A stretch of 55,597 nt of DNA from Candidatus Tayloriibacteriota bacterium (GCA_028286665.1 JAQBRD010000003.1:1-55597); one strand, 5' to 3'; positions 45,090-55,194 are shown, numbered from the stretch's first letter. A program made the numbers and translations. The notes: generated from the letters alone by a model not told the origin.

Positions 45090-45797
45090 ATGAAAAAAGT
45101 AGATCCTTTATTGGAAGGAATGGACCAGTTGCTCGGAATGATCGCTGACCCGCATCGCATTGAATGGGAAAAGAACAAGCTTGATGGTCAAAGCCTGGTC
45201 AAGATAAGAGCAAACTACCTGCGAGCATTGCAGGATAAGGAGGAAGCGGTGGCATATGATAAAGTATGGGACAAGCGACTTTTTGTAGGCATTATTGCAT
45301 TCGCCATCATCGTCCTGGCTTCGATTTTATCGAAGATGAACGAAGGGTGGGTAATGCTTGAAATCATCGTATGCGCCCTGGCCATAGGCGGCATGTTTAA
45401 TGAGCTGAATACGGCAGCGAGCGAAAAGCGCGCCGCCGAGCAGAAAGCCCAAGAGTGCGTCGAACTATTCGAAGCATACAAGAAGGCGATCGCCGATCTC
45501 GATCCGCACATCGCACCAGCCTTGAATCCCAATCCGGTCGACGCGACGATCATCCGCAAGCGGATGATCAGCCTGGCCGGAGACATACTTCACGCGAAGG
45601 CAAAGTTGGAAGTGATCCGCCTCACGCGAGCGTCAACCGAAGCAGCGATCAGGGAATCCTTGAAATGGATCGATCACTGCGAAAGGCTCTTCCTGAAGAT
45701 ATGGACTGCCGCGGGAGACTTCGGCATCGATAACAAGAAGGAGGAAATATTCCGGCTCGCTCAGGAACAGCTGGACAAGACTGCCACTCCGAAATAG
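45090..45797 (+). CDS. Hypothetical two-TM protein (orphan unit)
   Basis: 235-aa ORF with two TMs and helical flanks; own promoter. Confidence 0.7.
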   Translation: MKKVDPLLEGMDQLLGMIADPHRIEWEKNKLDGQSLVKIRANYLRALQDKEEAVAYDKVWDKRLFVGIIAFAIIVLASILSKMNEGWVMLEIIVCALAIGGMFNELNTAASEKRAAEQKAQECVELFEAYKKAIADLDPHIAPALNPNPVDATIIRKRMISLAGDILHAKAKLEVIRLTRASTEAAIRESLKWIDHCERLFLKIWTAAGDFGIDNKKEEIFRLAQEQLDKTATPK

Positions 45798-45907
45798 GAA
45801 GTCCTTCGAACACTTTTGAGAATTGCATGGAATCTCAAGGCTTCGAGCATAACGCTCGAGGCTTTCTCTTTTTATAAGGATGCCGCATGGACGCATCCGA
45901 GGCGAAT

Positions 45908-46213
45908 TTAGCGGAGCGCGCCTTCCTTCTTCAGAATCGCGAGTTTTTTCTCAAGTCCGCGATTGTAGCCGCCCAATCCCCCATCCGACCTGATGACGCG
46001 ATGGCATGGAATCTTCGGATCGAAGTTCTTCGCGAGAATGCTGCCGACTGCGCGGACCGCTTTCGCATTGCCTGCGCGCCGGGCGACTTCGGCATAGGTG
46101 AGCAGCTTGCCCTTCGGGATCTTCCGGACGACTTCGCGGACCTTGTCGCCGAACGAGCTTGCGGCTGCTTTCGCCTTTGCAGTCTTCGCGATTTGCTTGA
46201 TTATTTTCTTCAT
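45908..46213 (-). CDS. MGMT family (methylated-DNA-protein-cysteine methyltransferase) DNA-binding domain protein
   Basis: IPKGKLLTY, RAVG and IPCHRVI motifs. Confidence 0.92.
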   Translation of the reverse strand: MKKIIKQIAKTAKAKAAASSFGDKVREVVRKIPKGKLLTYAEVARRAGNAKAVRAVGSILAKNFDPKIPCHRVIRSDGGLGGYNRGLEKKLAILKKEGALR

Positions 46214-46226
46214 ATTTACTTGAACC

Positions 46227-47189
46227 CTATACGTTAAGATACCTTCGGACCGCGAGATAGCTCGAGATCGCGCCGAGCAGGACGCCGGAACCCATGATGA
46301 TGCTGAAGATCTGTCCGAAATTCGCGAGGAAATATCCGGAGAAGAGATTCACGATGATCGAGAAGTCATTCGCGCCCTCGAGGCCTGCGAATTTGAGCAG
46401 CGCAGCATCGCTATAGTACGCAGCTACTGCGAGCAGGATGAGGGTGATGATTCCGGAGATAATGCCGTACATGATGCCTGAGACGACGAACGGACCGCGT
46501 ATGTAGGTATTCGATGCTCCGACGAGCTTCATGACCGCGATCTCATCGCGAGATGTGAATATGATGATGCGGATAGTATTGAAGACGATCACGATCGTGA
46601 CAAGGACGAGCAGGATGGCGAGCGCGGTGCCAGTCTTCTGGACAGCCGGGATGATTCGGCCGAGGCGATCGATGATGAGCTTGTTCTGATTGTAATTCAC
46701 CTTCTCGACGATCGAAGTGCCGTCCTTCGACGAAGCAGTGTTCTTCGTATTATCGAGGAATTTGGCGATGCCGCCATACTGCGAAGGCTCCTTCGCCTTG
46801 ATATTGAGGACGGCCGGCAATGGATTGTAGCCGATCTCGTCGAGGCCTTGGAGGATGAGGGTGTTGTCCTTCCATTTGTCGCGGAAATCAGCGAGAGCCT
46901 TGTCTTTCGAGATATACGTCGCCTTGTCGACTTCAGGAAGCTTCTCGACGGTCTTCTGGAGCGCGAGGATATCGGCTTCGTTCGCATTGAGCGTGAAGTA
47001 GACGTTGATATCGACCTTGCTCTTCACTTCCTTGACGAGCGCTCGGCCGAAGACGCTGCTGAAGATGAGTCCGCCGAAGAACAGAAGCGCGAGCGTGAGC
47101 ACGACGATCGCTGCGAGCGAAAGGAGGCTGTTCCGCCAGAAATTGACGAAGCCGGTGCGGACGATTCTTTTGAATTTGGTGAAAATCAT
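46227..47189 (-). CDS. ftsX: Cell division permease FtsX
   Basis: YISKD.AL, NPLPA, NTIR...RDEIAVMKLVGASN.YIRGPF motifs. Confidence 0.95.
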   Translation of the reverse strand: MIFTKFKRIVRTGFVNFWRNSLLSLAAIVVLTLALLFFGGLIFSSVFGRALVKEVKSKVDINVYFTLNANEADILALQKTVEKLPEVDKATYISKDKALADFRDKWKDNTLILQGLDEIGYNPLPAVLNIKAKEPSQYGGIAKFLDNTKNTASSKDGTSIVEKVNYNQNKLIIDRLGRIIPAVQKTGTALAILLVLVTIVIVFNTIRIIIFTSRDEIAVMKLVGASNTYIRGPFVVSGIMYGIISGIITLILLAVAAYYSDAALLKFAGLEGANDFSIIVNLFSGYFLANFGQIFSIIMGSGVLLGAISSYLAVRRYLNV

Positions 47190-47222
47190 GTGATTGAAAT
47201 AATATCAGTTCTTGCGGCGCTG

Positions 47223-47903
47223 CTACAAAATATATTTGCCGTTCTTGTCATCGCGGACGATCTTGCCCTTCTCCATGGTGATGACGCGGCCGCCGACATG
47301 ATCGACGACGCCTTTGTTATGGGTGGTGAGAATGACGGTGGTGCCAAGCTCATTGATCTTCTTCAGGATGCGGATGATCTCGAAGGTATTGACCGGGTCG
47401 AGGTTTCCGGTCGGCTCATCAGCGATGATGATATCAGGCTGATTGACGATGGCCCGGGCGATGGCGACGCGCTGCTTCTCTCCGCCGGAAAGCTCGTGCG
47501 GGAAATTCCAGATCTTCGAGCCGAGATCGACGAGGTCGAGCACATGCGGGACGTCCGAGGCGATCTCGGCGTCGGTGCGGCCGGAGGCTTCCATGGCGAA
47601 TGCGATGTTCTCATATGCGGTCTTGTTCGGTATGAGGCGGAAATCCTGGAAGACGGTGCCGATGCGGCGGCGGAGCTTGCTCATCGCTTTCTTGCTGAGC
47701 TTGTGGATATTGGTCGATTCAAAAAAAATAGCTCCCTCCGTAGGCCGATCCTCCGCGATGAGGAGCTTGATGAGGGTGGATTTGCCCGCGCCCGAATGGC
47801 CGACGATGGTGACGAATTCCTTCGGTTCTACGCCGAAACTGACGCCGTCGAGCGCGACGGACTTATCCGGGTATATCTTCGATACCTTGTCGTAGTAGAT
47901 CAT
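47223..47903 (-). CDS. ftsE: Cell division ATP-binding protein FtsE
   Basis: GHSGAGKST, VFQDFRL, LSGGEKQRV and ADEPTGNLD motifs; upstream of ftsX. Confidence 0.95.
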   Translation of the reverse strand: MIYYDKVSKIYPDKSVALDGVSFGVEPKEFVTIVGHSGAGKSTLIKLLIAEDRPTEGAIFFESTNIHKLSKKAMSKLRRRIGTVFQDFRLIPNKTAYENIAFAMEASGRTDAEIASDVPHVLDLVDLGSKIWNFPHELSGGEKQRVAIARAIVNQPDIIIADEPTGNLDPVNTFEIIRILKKINELGTTVILTTHNKGVVDHVGGRVITMEKGKIVRDDKNGKYIL

Positions 47904-48041
47904 TGCCACTGATTATATCACAGCGAACCGGCAATGGAACACGTAAACAAAGGGCCGCTCGGATCAGCAGGTGCATACAACGGATTGTAGGCACCCCTGA
48001 TCGGAGCGGCTTTGAAAAAAAGAGCTGGGGGTTCATATCGT

Positions 48042-48857
48042 CTAATTTGTTTCGACGACGGTGCAATTGCTCTCATCGCCGAGGGCGATCCGCAGAAGAT
48101 CGCTGATGCGCCTCGGATTGCAGACGATGATCGGCTTCTTATTGTCCATGCAGAGCGAGAAAGCTGTGGAATCCATGACCTTGAGCTCTTTTCGGAGAGC
48201 ATTCCGATGACTGATGCGAGCGAAACGCTTCGCTCGAGAATTCAGTTTCGGATCAGAGTCATAAATGCCATCTACTTTTGTCGCTTTTATGATGACATCA
48301 GCCTTGATCTCATTCGCCCGCAGCGCAGCGGCAGTATCAGTCGAGAAATACGAATTTCCCGTACCGCCGCCGAATATGACCACGAGACCTTCGCTGATAT
48401 GTTTCATCGCATTCGCGCAGACATAATGCTCGCCGAATCCAGGCATCGAAGTTGCAGTCATGACGACCGCGGGAACGCCTATAGATTCGAGAGCATCCTG
48501 AAGCGCGATCGAATTGATCACGGTGGCGAGCATTCCCATATGATCGCCCTTCACCCGATCGATTCCATTCTTGCTGCCTGCGAGGCCGCGGAAGATATTT
48601 CCGCCGCCAAGCACGATGACGACCTCGATGCCGGCTTTTCGAAGCAAGGCGATCTGCGCAGCGATTCTGCGGAGGATTGCCGCGCTTATCGTATCAGAGC
48701 GATTCCCGAGGGCTTCGCCGCTGAATTTGACGAGTATCCGCGGGTATTTGAGCACCAAAGGCCCTTTTGCTGATCCGAAGGACTTCGCAAAAAACCTCCG
48801 AATCCCATTTTCGACTTTGAGATTTATAGGAGGAAGCCTGACTGTAGTAGTTTTCAT
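48042..48857 (-). CDS. pyrH: UMP kinase
   Basis: KFSGEAL, GGGNIFRG, DHMGMLATVIN, FSTDTAAALRA and VMDSTA motifs; start codon uncertain. Confidence 0.95.
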   Translation of the reverse strand: MKTTTVRLPPINLKVENGIRRFFAKSFGSAKGPLVLKYPRILVKFSGEALGNRSDTISAAILRRIAAQIALLRKAGIEVVIVLGGGNIFRGLAGSKNGIDRVKGDHMGMLATVINSIALQDALESIGVPAVVMTATSMPGFGEHYVCANAMKHISEGLVVIFGGGTGNSYFSTDTAAALRANEIKADVIIKATKVDGIYDSDPKLNSRAKRFARISHRNALRKELKVMDSTAFSLCMDNKKPIIVCNPRRISDLLRIALGDESNCTVVETN

Positions 48858-48936
48858 AACGATATAACCCACATAGTTTTCAAATCACAACGCTTCATGC
48901 GCTGTGAAAACGAGCCTTTCATGATTGAAAATAGCA

Positions 48937-49872
48937 CTAGCTCAGGAAAAGGTCAATCTCCCCGTTGAGAACCTTGTCGATCTGAGAGGTTTCGACGTCG
49001 GTGCGATGGTCTTTCACCATCTTGTACGGATGCAGGACATAGGAGCGGATCTGATTGCCCCAATCGATCGAGGTGGTCTTCGAGATATACATGCCCTTCT
49101 CGCGAGCGAGGCGTTCGTCTTCGCGCTGCTTGAAGATCTTGCCGCGGAGGATGTCGAGGGCCTTCTCCTTGTTCTGAGCTTGAGATCGCTCCGAGGTCAC
49201 GTGCACTGAGAGCTTCGTCGGCACATGGACGATGCGGACTGCGGTCTCGCGCTTGTTGACGTTCTGGCCGCCAGGACCGCCGGACTTGGCGATGGAGATC
49301 TCGAGATCCTTATCAGGAATTTCGATGTCTGGACCTGCGGCCTTTTCGAATTTCGGAATGAGCTCGACCATGGAGAAAGACGTCTGGCGGAGCTGCTTGG
49401 AATTGAATGGCGAGATGCGAACGAGCCGATGCACGCCTGATTCATTCTTCAGGATTCCGTACGGACCTTTCTTCACATTGGAACCGCCGCCGATGCCGAT
49501 CGGCTTGCCGCTGATCTCGACAGTGATATTGCGATAGCCGCCATGATCATTTTCATTCATATGAATGAGTGACATCGTCCAGCCGTGATTCTCGCAGAAT
49601 TTGCGGTACATGCGATAGAGCATGCCGGAGAAGTCTTCGGCATCATCGCCGCCTGCGCCTGAGAATATCGTCATGACTGCGTCGCCCTTATCGTATTTTG
49701 CCGCGGGATCATTCGCACCAGGATCTTCGATTTCTTCCCTGAGCGACTGGATTTCCTTGATGACGGCCTGCGCCTTGTCCTTGTCAGCCCAAAAATCCGC
49801 CTCGAGCATTCCTGCTTCGAGCGCGTCGATCTTCTTCTGGAGTTCTTCGAGTCTGACAGCTTCGGGTTTCAT
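48937..49872 (-). CDS. prfB: Peptide chain release factor 2 (N-terminally short, no programmed frameshift)
   Basis: GAGG..AED, GVHRLVRISPF (SPF specificity motif), GGPGGQNVN and WGNQIRSYV motifs. Confidence 0.93.
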   Translation of the reverse strand: MKPEAVRLEELQKKIDALEAGMLEADFWADKDKAQAVIKEIQSLREEIEDPGANDPAAKYDKGDAVMTIFSGAGGDDAEDFSGMLYRMYRKFCENHGWTMSLIHMNENDHGGYRNITVEISGKPIGIGGGSNVKKGPYGILKNESGVHRLVRISPFNSKQLRQTSFSMVELIPKFEKAAGPDIEIPDKDLEISIAKSGGPGGQNVNKRETAVRIVHVPTKLSVHVTSERSQAQNKEKALDILRGKIFKQREDERLAREKGMYISKTTSIDWGNQIRSYVLHPYKMVKDHRTDVETSQIDKVLNGEIDLFLS

Positions 49873-50016
49873 GAAAATGAGTATAGCAAATGAGTGCGAT
49901 GAAACCAATGAAATTGTCACGAATAAAGTTTGACATTAATAGAAAAGTATACTATAAACATAAAAGGGTCTGCAGCGGGTTCATCACGAATCTGCACAGA
50001 TTGCTCTCTATTATCT

Positions 50017-50442
50017 ATGAAAACAAATAAGCTCATCGCGAGCATCCTTACAGCAGCAATGTTACTGTTGGCTATTGGCGTCGAAAGCGTACACGCTCAA
50101 ACTACGAATAAAACAGAGTTTGTGCCGAAATACGCAATATCCAAGCATCTTGATTCGGAATGGATCATTTCCTTTCCCGTCCGAAAAGGCGACTTCAGGA
50201 TTCTGCTCGAATGCAATCCCGACATCGAAATCGTATCGATATCAAAGAGTGCAAGCCGAATGGTATCGAGCATCCAAATTCCAGGAACGACGTTTACGAT
50301 TACCGCCAAAAAGAAAGGGGCGGTCACGTACGAGGTATTCGATGCGGAGATACCGCTTGGCAACGAATACACCTTGCTCATCTCACCCCGCAACGAAAAA
50401 GAACTCGGGATGGTTGCGGCAGGCCTGCAAAAAGGATATTAG
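50017..50442 (+). CDS. Secreted hypothetical protein (orphan unit)
   Basis: Signal peptide ending VHA; upstream TTGACA-17-TATAAA at 49930-49958. Confidence 0.7.
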   Translation: MKTNKLIASILTAAMLLLAIGVESVHAQTTNKTEFVPKYAISKHLDSEWIISFPVRKGDFRILLECNPDIEIVSISKSASRMVSSIQIPGTTFTITAKKKGAVTYEVFDAEIPLGNEYTLLISPRNEKELGMVAAGLQKGY

Positions 50443-50533
50443 CTCCGCGAATCGCTTCAAAATCGGTCTCAGGCAAATTGTCTGGGACCGATTTATTTTA
50501 AATTGACTTCTCCTAACAGGACGTAATATTCGG

Positions 50534-50606
50534 AGCCAAAGTCCGGGATCGAACCGGAGACCCTCGCTTTACGAAAGCGATGCTCTACCAACTGAGCTAC
50601 TTTGGC
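50534..50606 (-). tRNA. tRNA-Thr (CGT)
   Basis: Cloverleaf; anticodon arm TCGCT-TTCGTAA-AGCGA. Confidence 0.95.
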
Positions 50607-50621
50607 ATATTTGCGCTGAAC

Positions 50622-51179
50622 CTACTTTGCAAGATACTCGGACAATTTCTCATCGATCTGCGCCCGGAACTCCCCCATCGTTCCGTCGTTCATGAGGAGG
50701 ACGTCCGCAGCTTTGATGCAGTCGGAGAGGCTCATCCGGGCCGGATCATCCGACTTCATCTCGACCTCCTGCTGTGCGGCGAATTTCTCGAATGTGACAT
50801 TGTCAGTCGCGCTCTTGCGGAGCACTGCTCTTTTATACCTGATTTTGAGGTCGGCGTCCACTGCCACGAGCAGGAAGTTCTCCTGCTGCTTCAGGAAGCC
50901 GACTTCGCCCATCGTCCGGACCGATTCGATGACGGCATTCTTGCCGGATTTCTCTGCCCGCCGATACAATGATTCGATGATGTGGCTTGCTCCGAATCGA
51001 GTGCGGAGATCGTCGGCAACCGCCTTCATGCTCGGACGCTCGACAGGCAAGCCGCGCTTCTCGATCTCCTCGACGAGGAAATCCCGGACGGAATAGAAAC
51101 CGAAGCCCTTCGTCGTGAGATGGCTCGTGAGCTCCCCTTTTCCCGACCCGTTTGTTCCCGTGACGCCGATGATGATCAT
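50622..51179 (-). CDS. P-loop nucleotide kinase (dephospho-CoA kinase/UPF0200-like)
   Basis: GVTGTNGSGKG Walker A; VIESVR and IRYKRAVLR segments. Confidence 0.8.
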   Translation of the reverse strand: MIIIGVTGTNGSGKGELTSHLTTKGFGFYSVRDFLVEEIEKRGLPVERPSMKAVADDLRTRFGASHIIESLYRRAEKSGKNAVIESVRTMGEVGFLKQQENFLLVAVDADLKIRYKRAVLRKSATDNVTFEKFAAQQEVEMKSDDPARMSLSDCIKAADVLLMNDGTMGEFRAQIDEKLSEYLAK

Positions 51180-51201
51180 TAATCTTTATTATACCTTAGG
51201 G

Positions 51202-51274
51202 AGCCGACGTCCGGGATTGAACCGGAGACCTCGTCATTACCAATGACGTGCTCTACCAACTGAGCTACATCGGC
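51202..51274 (-). tRNA. tRNA-Thr (GGT)
   Basis: Cloverleaf; anticodon arm CGTCA-TTGGTAA-TGACG. Confidence 0.95.
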
Positions 51275-51351
51275 TTACTACTCGCACAAACTACCATGTC
51301 AGCCATGTCGGCTTACAGAGACATACTAATACACTTGGCCTTTCTTTTCAA

Positions 51352-52635
51352 TTACTTCGCCTTGATCGGCAGATACGCTGTGACCGTCGTCCCCTTTCCG
51401 AGGACGGATGAAACGGAGATCGTGCCGCCATGAAGCTCGATGATCTTCTTGGTCGTATAGAGGCCGACGCCGCTCTCATTCGGCTCGAGCGAGATGGCGT
51501 TCTTCCCTCGATGAAGCCGATCGAAGACATATGGAACATCCTCTTCCGAAATTCCGATGCCAGTATCGGTAACCGACATCACCATCTTCTCCCCATCGGA
51601 CGTTACGGAAATATCGACATTGCCCTTCGGCGAATACTTGAATGCATTATCGACGATGTTGAGGAATGCGGCCTTGAGCTTCTTGAAATCGCCTTCGATC
51701 TCGAGCTTTTCCGGAAGATTCAGATTGACTTTCACTGAACGGACGAGCGCGACATATTCGAGATCGCCGAGGATCGCCTTGATGAGGCGAGGCACGTCGA
51801 CAGGCACGCGGACGAGCTTGAGCTGATCGGTGCTTGAGCCTTCGGCGGTGGTGAGCATCTCATTGACGATGCCGATCGCATCGCCAACGCGAAGGATGCT
51901 TTCATCGATGAGTTCGCGATTCTGCGGAGATACGCCCACGTCTTCTTTGAGTGTCTCCAGGGCCCATCGGAGGCCTGCAAGCGGCGTGCGGAGCTGGTGC
52001 TGGGCAACGCTCAGGAAATCATGCTTGAGCTGCTCGATCTGCGTGAATTCGCTCAGGCGGCGGTCGATCTCTTCTTTCTCATTTTTCTGATGAAGCGTAT
52101 CGACGACGATGCGATGCATGAGATAGCAGATCAGGCCGAAGAGTACCGTGACCGTGACATGGCGGATGATGAGCGACGGGTCCGTCCAAGCTCGCGGATA
52201 CAGCACGATGAGCATCGCGAGCATGATCGTGAGCACGAGGCCTACATGCTCGGTGATGCGTTCGTCGAGGTAGACCGCGGAGACGATGACCGGAAAGACG
52301 AGCAGGAATATGAACGGGCTTCCCAGCCCCCCGGCCGAGATGATGATGCACATGAAGAAGAACGAGTACGAATAGCGGGCAGCGGTGAAGAATATCTTCT
52401 TATTGAATTTTTCATGAAGCGCGAAGAAAAGCACGTGCAGCACGGCAAGCGAGACGATGGAAAACAGGACTGCCTGCGGATACCGCATCCAGGTGAAGAA
52501 ATCAGGCGCAAGATACATGCCCAGCCCGAGTGCGATCGGTATGAGAAGGCCCAACCCTTCTACAAGATAATAATACTTCCGGAGCCGAAACTCTTGGAAT
52601 ACCGCCTTGCCTGAAGTGCGAGTATGATCCGTCAT
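51352..52635 (-). CDS. Orphan membrane sensor histidine kinase
   Basis: About 6 TMs; QHQLRTPL, NIVDNAFKY, DTGIGI and SGVGL boxes. Confidence 0.93.
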   Translation of the reverse strand: MTDHTRTSGKAVFQEFRLRKYYYLVEGLGLLIPIALGLGMYLAPDFFTWMRYPQAVLFSIVSLAVLHVLFFALHEKFNKKIFFTAARYSYSFFFMCIIISAGGLGSPFIFLLVFPVIVSAVYLDERITEHVGLVLTIMLAMLIVLYPRAWTDPSLIIRHVTVTVLFGLICYLMHRIVVDTLHQKNEKEEIDRRLSEFTQIEQLKHDFLSVAQHQLRTPLAGLRWALETLKEDVGVSPQNRELIDESILRVGDAIGIVNEMLTTAEGSSTDQLKLVRVPVDVPRLIKAILGDLEYVALVRSVKVNLNLPEKLEIEGDFKKLKAAFLNIVDNAFKYSPKGNVDISVTSDGEKMVMSVTDTGIGISEEDVPYVFDRLHRGKNAISLEPNESGVGLYTTKKIIELHGGTISVSSVLGKGTTVTAYLPIKAK

Positions 52636-52636
52636 G

Positions 52637-52710
52637 CGCAGCCAAGCGGGCTCGAACCGCCAACCTCTCGCGTGACAGGCGAGTGCTCTAACCAGTTGAG
52701 CTATGGCTGC
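52637..52710 (-). tRNA. tRNA-Asp (GTC)
   Basis: Cloverleaf; CTCGC-CTGTCAC-GCGAG anticodon arm; G73. Confidence 0.95.
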
Positions 52711-52761
52711 AATGCTGCTTATTATACATAAATATGCAGACCTCGCAATCGCTTTGAAGTG

Positions 52762-52834
52762 TGTCGGGGGTGGGGATTGAACCCACGACCCCGGGCTTAT
52801 GAGTCCCGTGCTCTACCAACTGAGCTACCCCGAC
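52762..52834 (-). tRNA. tRNA with CAT anticodon (elongator Met or Ile2)
   Basis: Cloverleaf; loop CTCATAA; paired 1:72 position, so not the initiator. Confidence 0.88.
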
Positions 52835-52909
52835 ATGGAACGCCTATTTTTTCAAGCCCTCAAAATATAACAAAAAGTGGCGAAAAACGCCACCCTTTGT
52901 AATATCTTG

Positions 52910-52982
52910 TTGCGGAGGCTGGAGTCGAACCAGCGAGACCTAGGTTATGAGCCTAGTGGGCTAACCGCTACCCTACCCCGCG
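52910..52982 (-). tRNA. Initiator tRNA-fMet (CAT)
   Basis: 5' CGCGGGG with C1:A72 mismatch; anticodon arm CTAGG-CTCATAA-CCTAG. Confidence 0.88.
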
Positions 52983-53022
52983 ATGTGGGCATATAATAAC
53001 ATTCCTGTAGAAAAAGGCAACT

Positions 53023-53664
53023 TCAAATAAAGAAGAATTCTTCGAAAACCTCCCGGAACGAATGAATGACGCGCTTCGCCTCATGATGCGTCAGCGGGTA
53101 GTCCTTGCCTTCGTGCGCAATGCGGTTTCGTACGGTGTGCCCGTCCCATGCCTTCTGAATCGACTTGAAGTCTCCTGGGTCCTCCTGCGCTCGCTTGAGC
53201 CGCCCGCCGACGCCTTCGCCCTGATAGCCGAGCTTCACGAGGAGATCATCGAGCATGATGTCCGCCTCGAGAATAGCCTGGCGCCAGTCATTCTCATTTT
53301 CAGATTCGACGGATTCCATGACATGCCTCCACCGGTTCGCCATTTCATGATCAGGCTTCGCTATGGCCGGAGTCACTTCTGCCTCGACGACATTCCATGG
53401 ATGATAGACCTTGCGCTCTGCCTTGCGGATGCGCAGGATGCCGTCGACGGCGATGAAGGTGCCGATGATGCAGAAAGCCGATATCGGAAGGGCGAACCAC
53501 ATCCAGACCGTATTGATCGATCTGAGCAGCGGGAGGATATTCTGATAATGCCCGATTTCATACGTGATCAGATTGCTGAGCTTGGTGATCACGTCGAGCT
53601 GCGGCACGGCGACTGCGCCCTGTTCTGCCGCGTGCGCTATGTTTGCAAAAAGTTCGAGGATCAT
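53023..53664 (-). CDS. Conserved hypothetical membrane protein
   Basis: One or two TMs, then RW..V...N.WRQAILEAD.MLD..L...GY.G...G.RLK...AW.GH.VRNRIAHEG. Confidence 0.8.
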   Translation of the reverse strand: MILELFANIAHAAEQGAVAVPQLDVITKLSNLITYEIGHYQNILPLLRSINTVWMWFALPISAFCIIGTFIAVDGILRIRKAERKVYHPWNVVEAEVTPAIAKPDHEMANRWRHVMESVESENENDWRQAILEADIMLDDLLVKLGYQGEGVGGRLKRAQEDPGDFKSIQKAWDGHTVRNRIAHEGKDYPLTHHEAKRVIHSFREVFEEFFFI

Positions 53665-53676
53665 AAGGTGCTCCTA

Positions 53677-55194
53677 TTATAGCGCAGAAACCGCTTCGCA
53701 AGGAAAGTCCTTTCCGGCCGCGAAGAGCGCGGCCTCATTTCCATGCCGTGCAGTGAGCTGAATTCCGACAGGCAATCTGTCTGCGCCGCCCGAAGACGTG
53801 GTGCGGCCAGCTGGAATAGACATCGCTGGCAGCCCGGTGAGATTCGCCGTGACCGTGAAGATGTCTTCGAGGTACATCGATACCGGATCGGAGGCTTTCT
53901 CGCCGATCTTGAATGCAGGCGCCGGTGCAGTCGGCATCATGATGATATCGACCTTCTCGAATGCGGCGTTGAAATCCTGCGTGATGATGCTTCGCATCGC
54001 ATTGGCCCGGTTGTAGTACGCGTCATAGTAGCCGGATGAAAGGACGTAAGTGCCGAGGAGGATTCGTCGGCGAGCTTCGCGGCCGAAACCTGCGGCTCGG
54101 GTTTCGAAATAATCATCGACGCCGGCGGCTCGATTCGCACCGAGGAAATTCTTCCCTCCTGCAATGCCGTCTTTATGGAAGCCGTAGCGCACGCCGTCAA
54201 ATCGCGATAGATTCGATGAGACCTCGGCGAAGTTGATGATGTAATAGACCGGCAGCGCGAACTCGTTGTTCGGCAATTCGACATCGACGATGCGGTATCC
54301 GAGCTTCGCGAATGCCGCTTCGGCTTCAGCGAAGACTCGCTTCACTTCAGGATGGATGCCGCCGAGCTCCATGAATTTCCGAGGGATGCCGATGGTGAGC
54401 TTCTTGCCTGCAGCTGCATCCGCCACGGCTTCAGACTTCGCATACGTATCTTCGGAGATCGTCGTGCTGTCCATAATGTCCTTGCCGCGGATTGCATTGA
54501 AAAGGATTTCCGCATCAGCGACCGTCTTCGTTATCGGTCCGATCTGATCGAGAGATGAAACTGCTGCAGTCAGTCCGTATCGGGAGACTGCGCCATATGT
54601 CGGCTTCAATCCGACCGTTCCGCAGAATGAAGACGGCTGGCGGATGGATCCTCCCGTATCAGATCCGAGCGAGATGAGCGACATGCCGGCAGCGATCGCC
54701 GCTGCTGAACCTCCGGAAGTTCCTCCGGGGACGCGCTCGAGATCATGCGGATTCTTCGTCGCTCCGAATGCGGAATTCTCCGTCGAGCCTCCCATGGCGA
54801 ATTCATCCATGTTCGTTCGGCCGATAAAGACGACGCCCTGCTCGCGCAGCCGAGCGATCGCAGTCGCATCATACGATGCTTCATAGTGCTCGAGCATCTT
54901 CGAAGCGCAGCTCGAGATTCGGCCCTTGATGAGGATGTTGTCTTTCACGGCGCACGGGATGCCAGTAAGCAGGGTCGTTTTCATGCCGCCGGACTTCTCA
55001 GCTGCGAAACGCGCATCTGCTGCTTTCGCCTGTTCGATGACATCGCTGAAAATCTCGAGATATGCGTGCACGTCCTTGTCAGCTGCTGAAATACGATCGA
55101 GATAGGCCTGCGCAAGTTCGACCGCGGTGAAATCTCCGGCGACGAGGTGCGCATGAGCTTTTTCTATCGTGAGTGTCTTGAGGTCGATGGTCAT
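53677..55194 (-). CDS. gatA: Asp/Glu-tRNA amidotransferase subunit A
   Basis: KDNI, TNMDEFAMGGSTENS, PGGTSGGSAAA, GSDTGGSIRQP and RRILLGTYVLSSGYYDAYY motifs. Confidence 0.97.
   Translation of the reverse strand: MTIDLKTLTIEKAHAHLVAGDFTAVELAQAYLDRISAADKDVHAYLEIFSDVIEQAKAADARFAAEKSGGMKTTLLTGIPCAVKDNILIKGRISSCASKMLEHYEASYDATAIARLREQGVVFIGRTNMDEFAMGGSTENSAFGATKNPHDLERVPGGTSGGSAAAIAAGMSLISLGSDTGGSIRQPSSFCGTVGLKPTYGAVSRYGLTAAVSSLDQIGPITKTVADAEILFNAIRGKDIMDSTTISEDTYAKSEAVADAAAGKKLTIGIPRKFMELGGIHPEVKRVFAEAEAAFAKLGYRIVDVELPNNEFALPVYYIINFAEVSSNLSRFDGVRYGFHKDGIAGGKNFLGANRAAGVDDYFETRAAGFGREARRRILLGTYVLSSGYYDAYYNRANAMRSIITQDFNAAFEKVDIIMMPTAPAPAFKIGEKASDPVSMYLEDIFTVTANLTGLPAMSIPAGRTTSSGGADRLPVGIQLTARHGNEAALFAAGKDFPCEAVSAL

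Noticed and set aside
48937-49872. UGA recoding (genetic code 25) as in Gracilibacteria/Absconditabacteria
   Set aside because: RF2 with its SPF motif is present, and several intact genes end in TGA (e.g. 2483, 37510).
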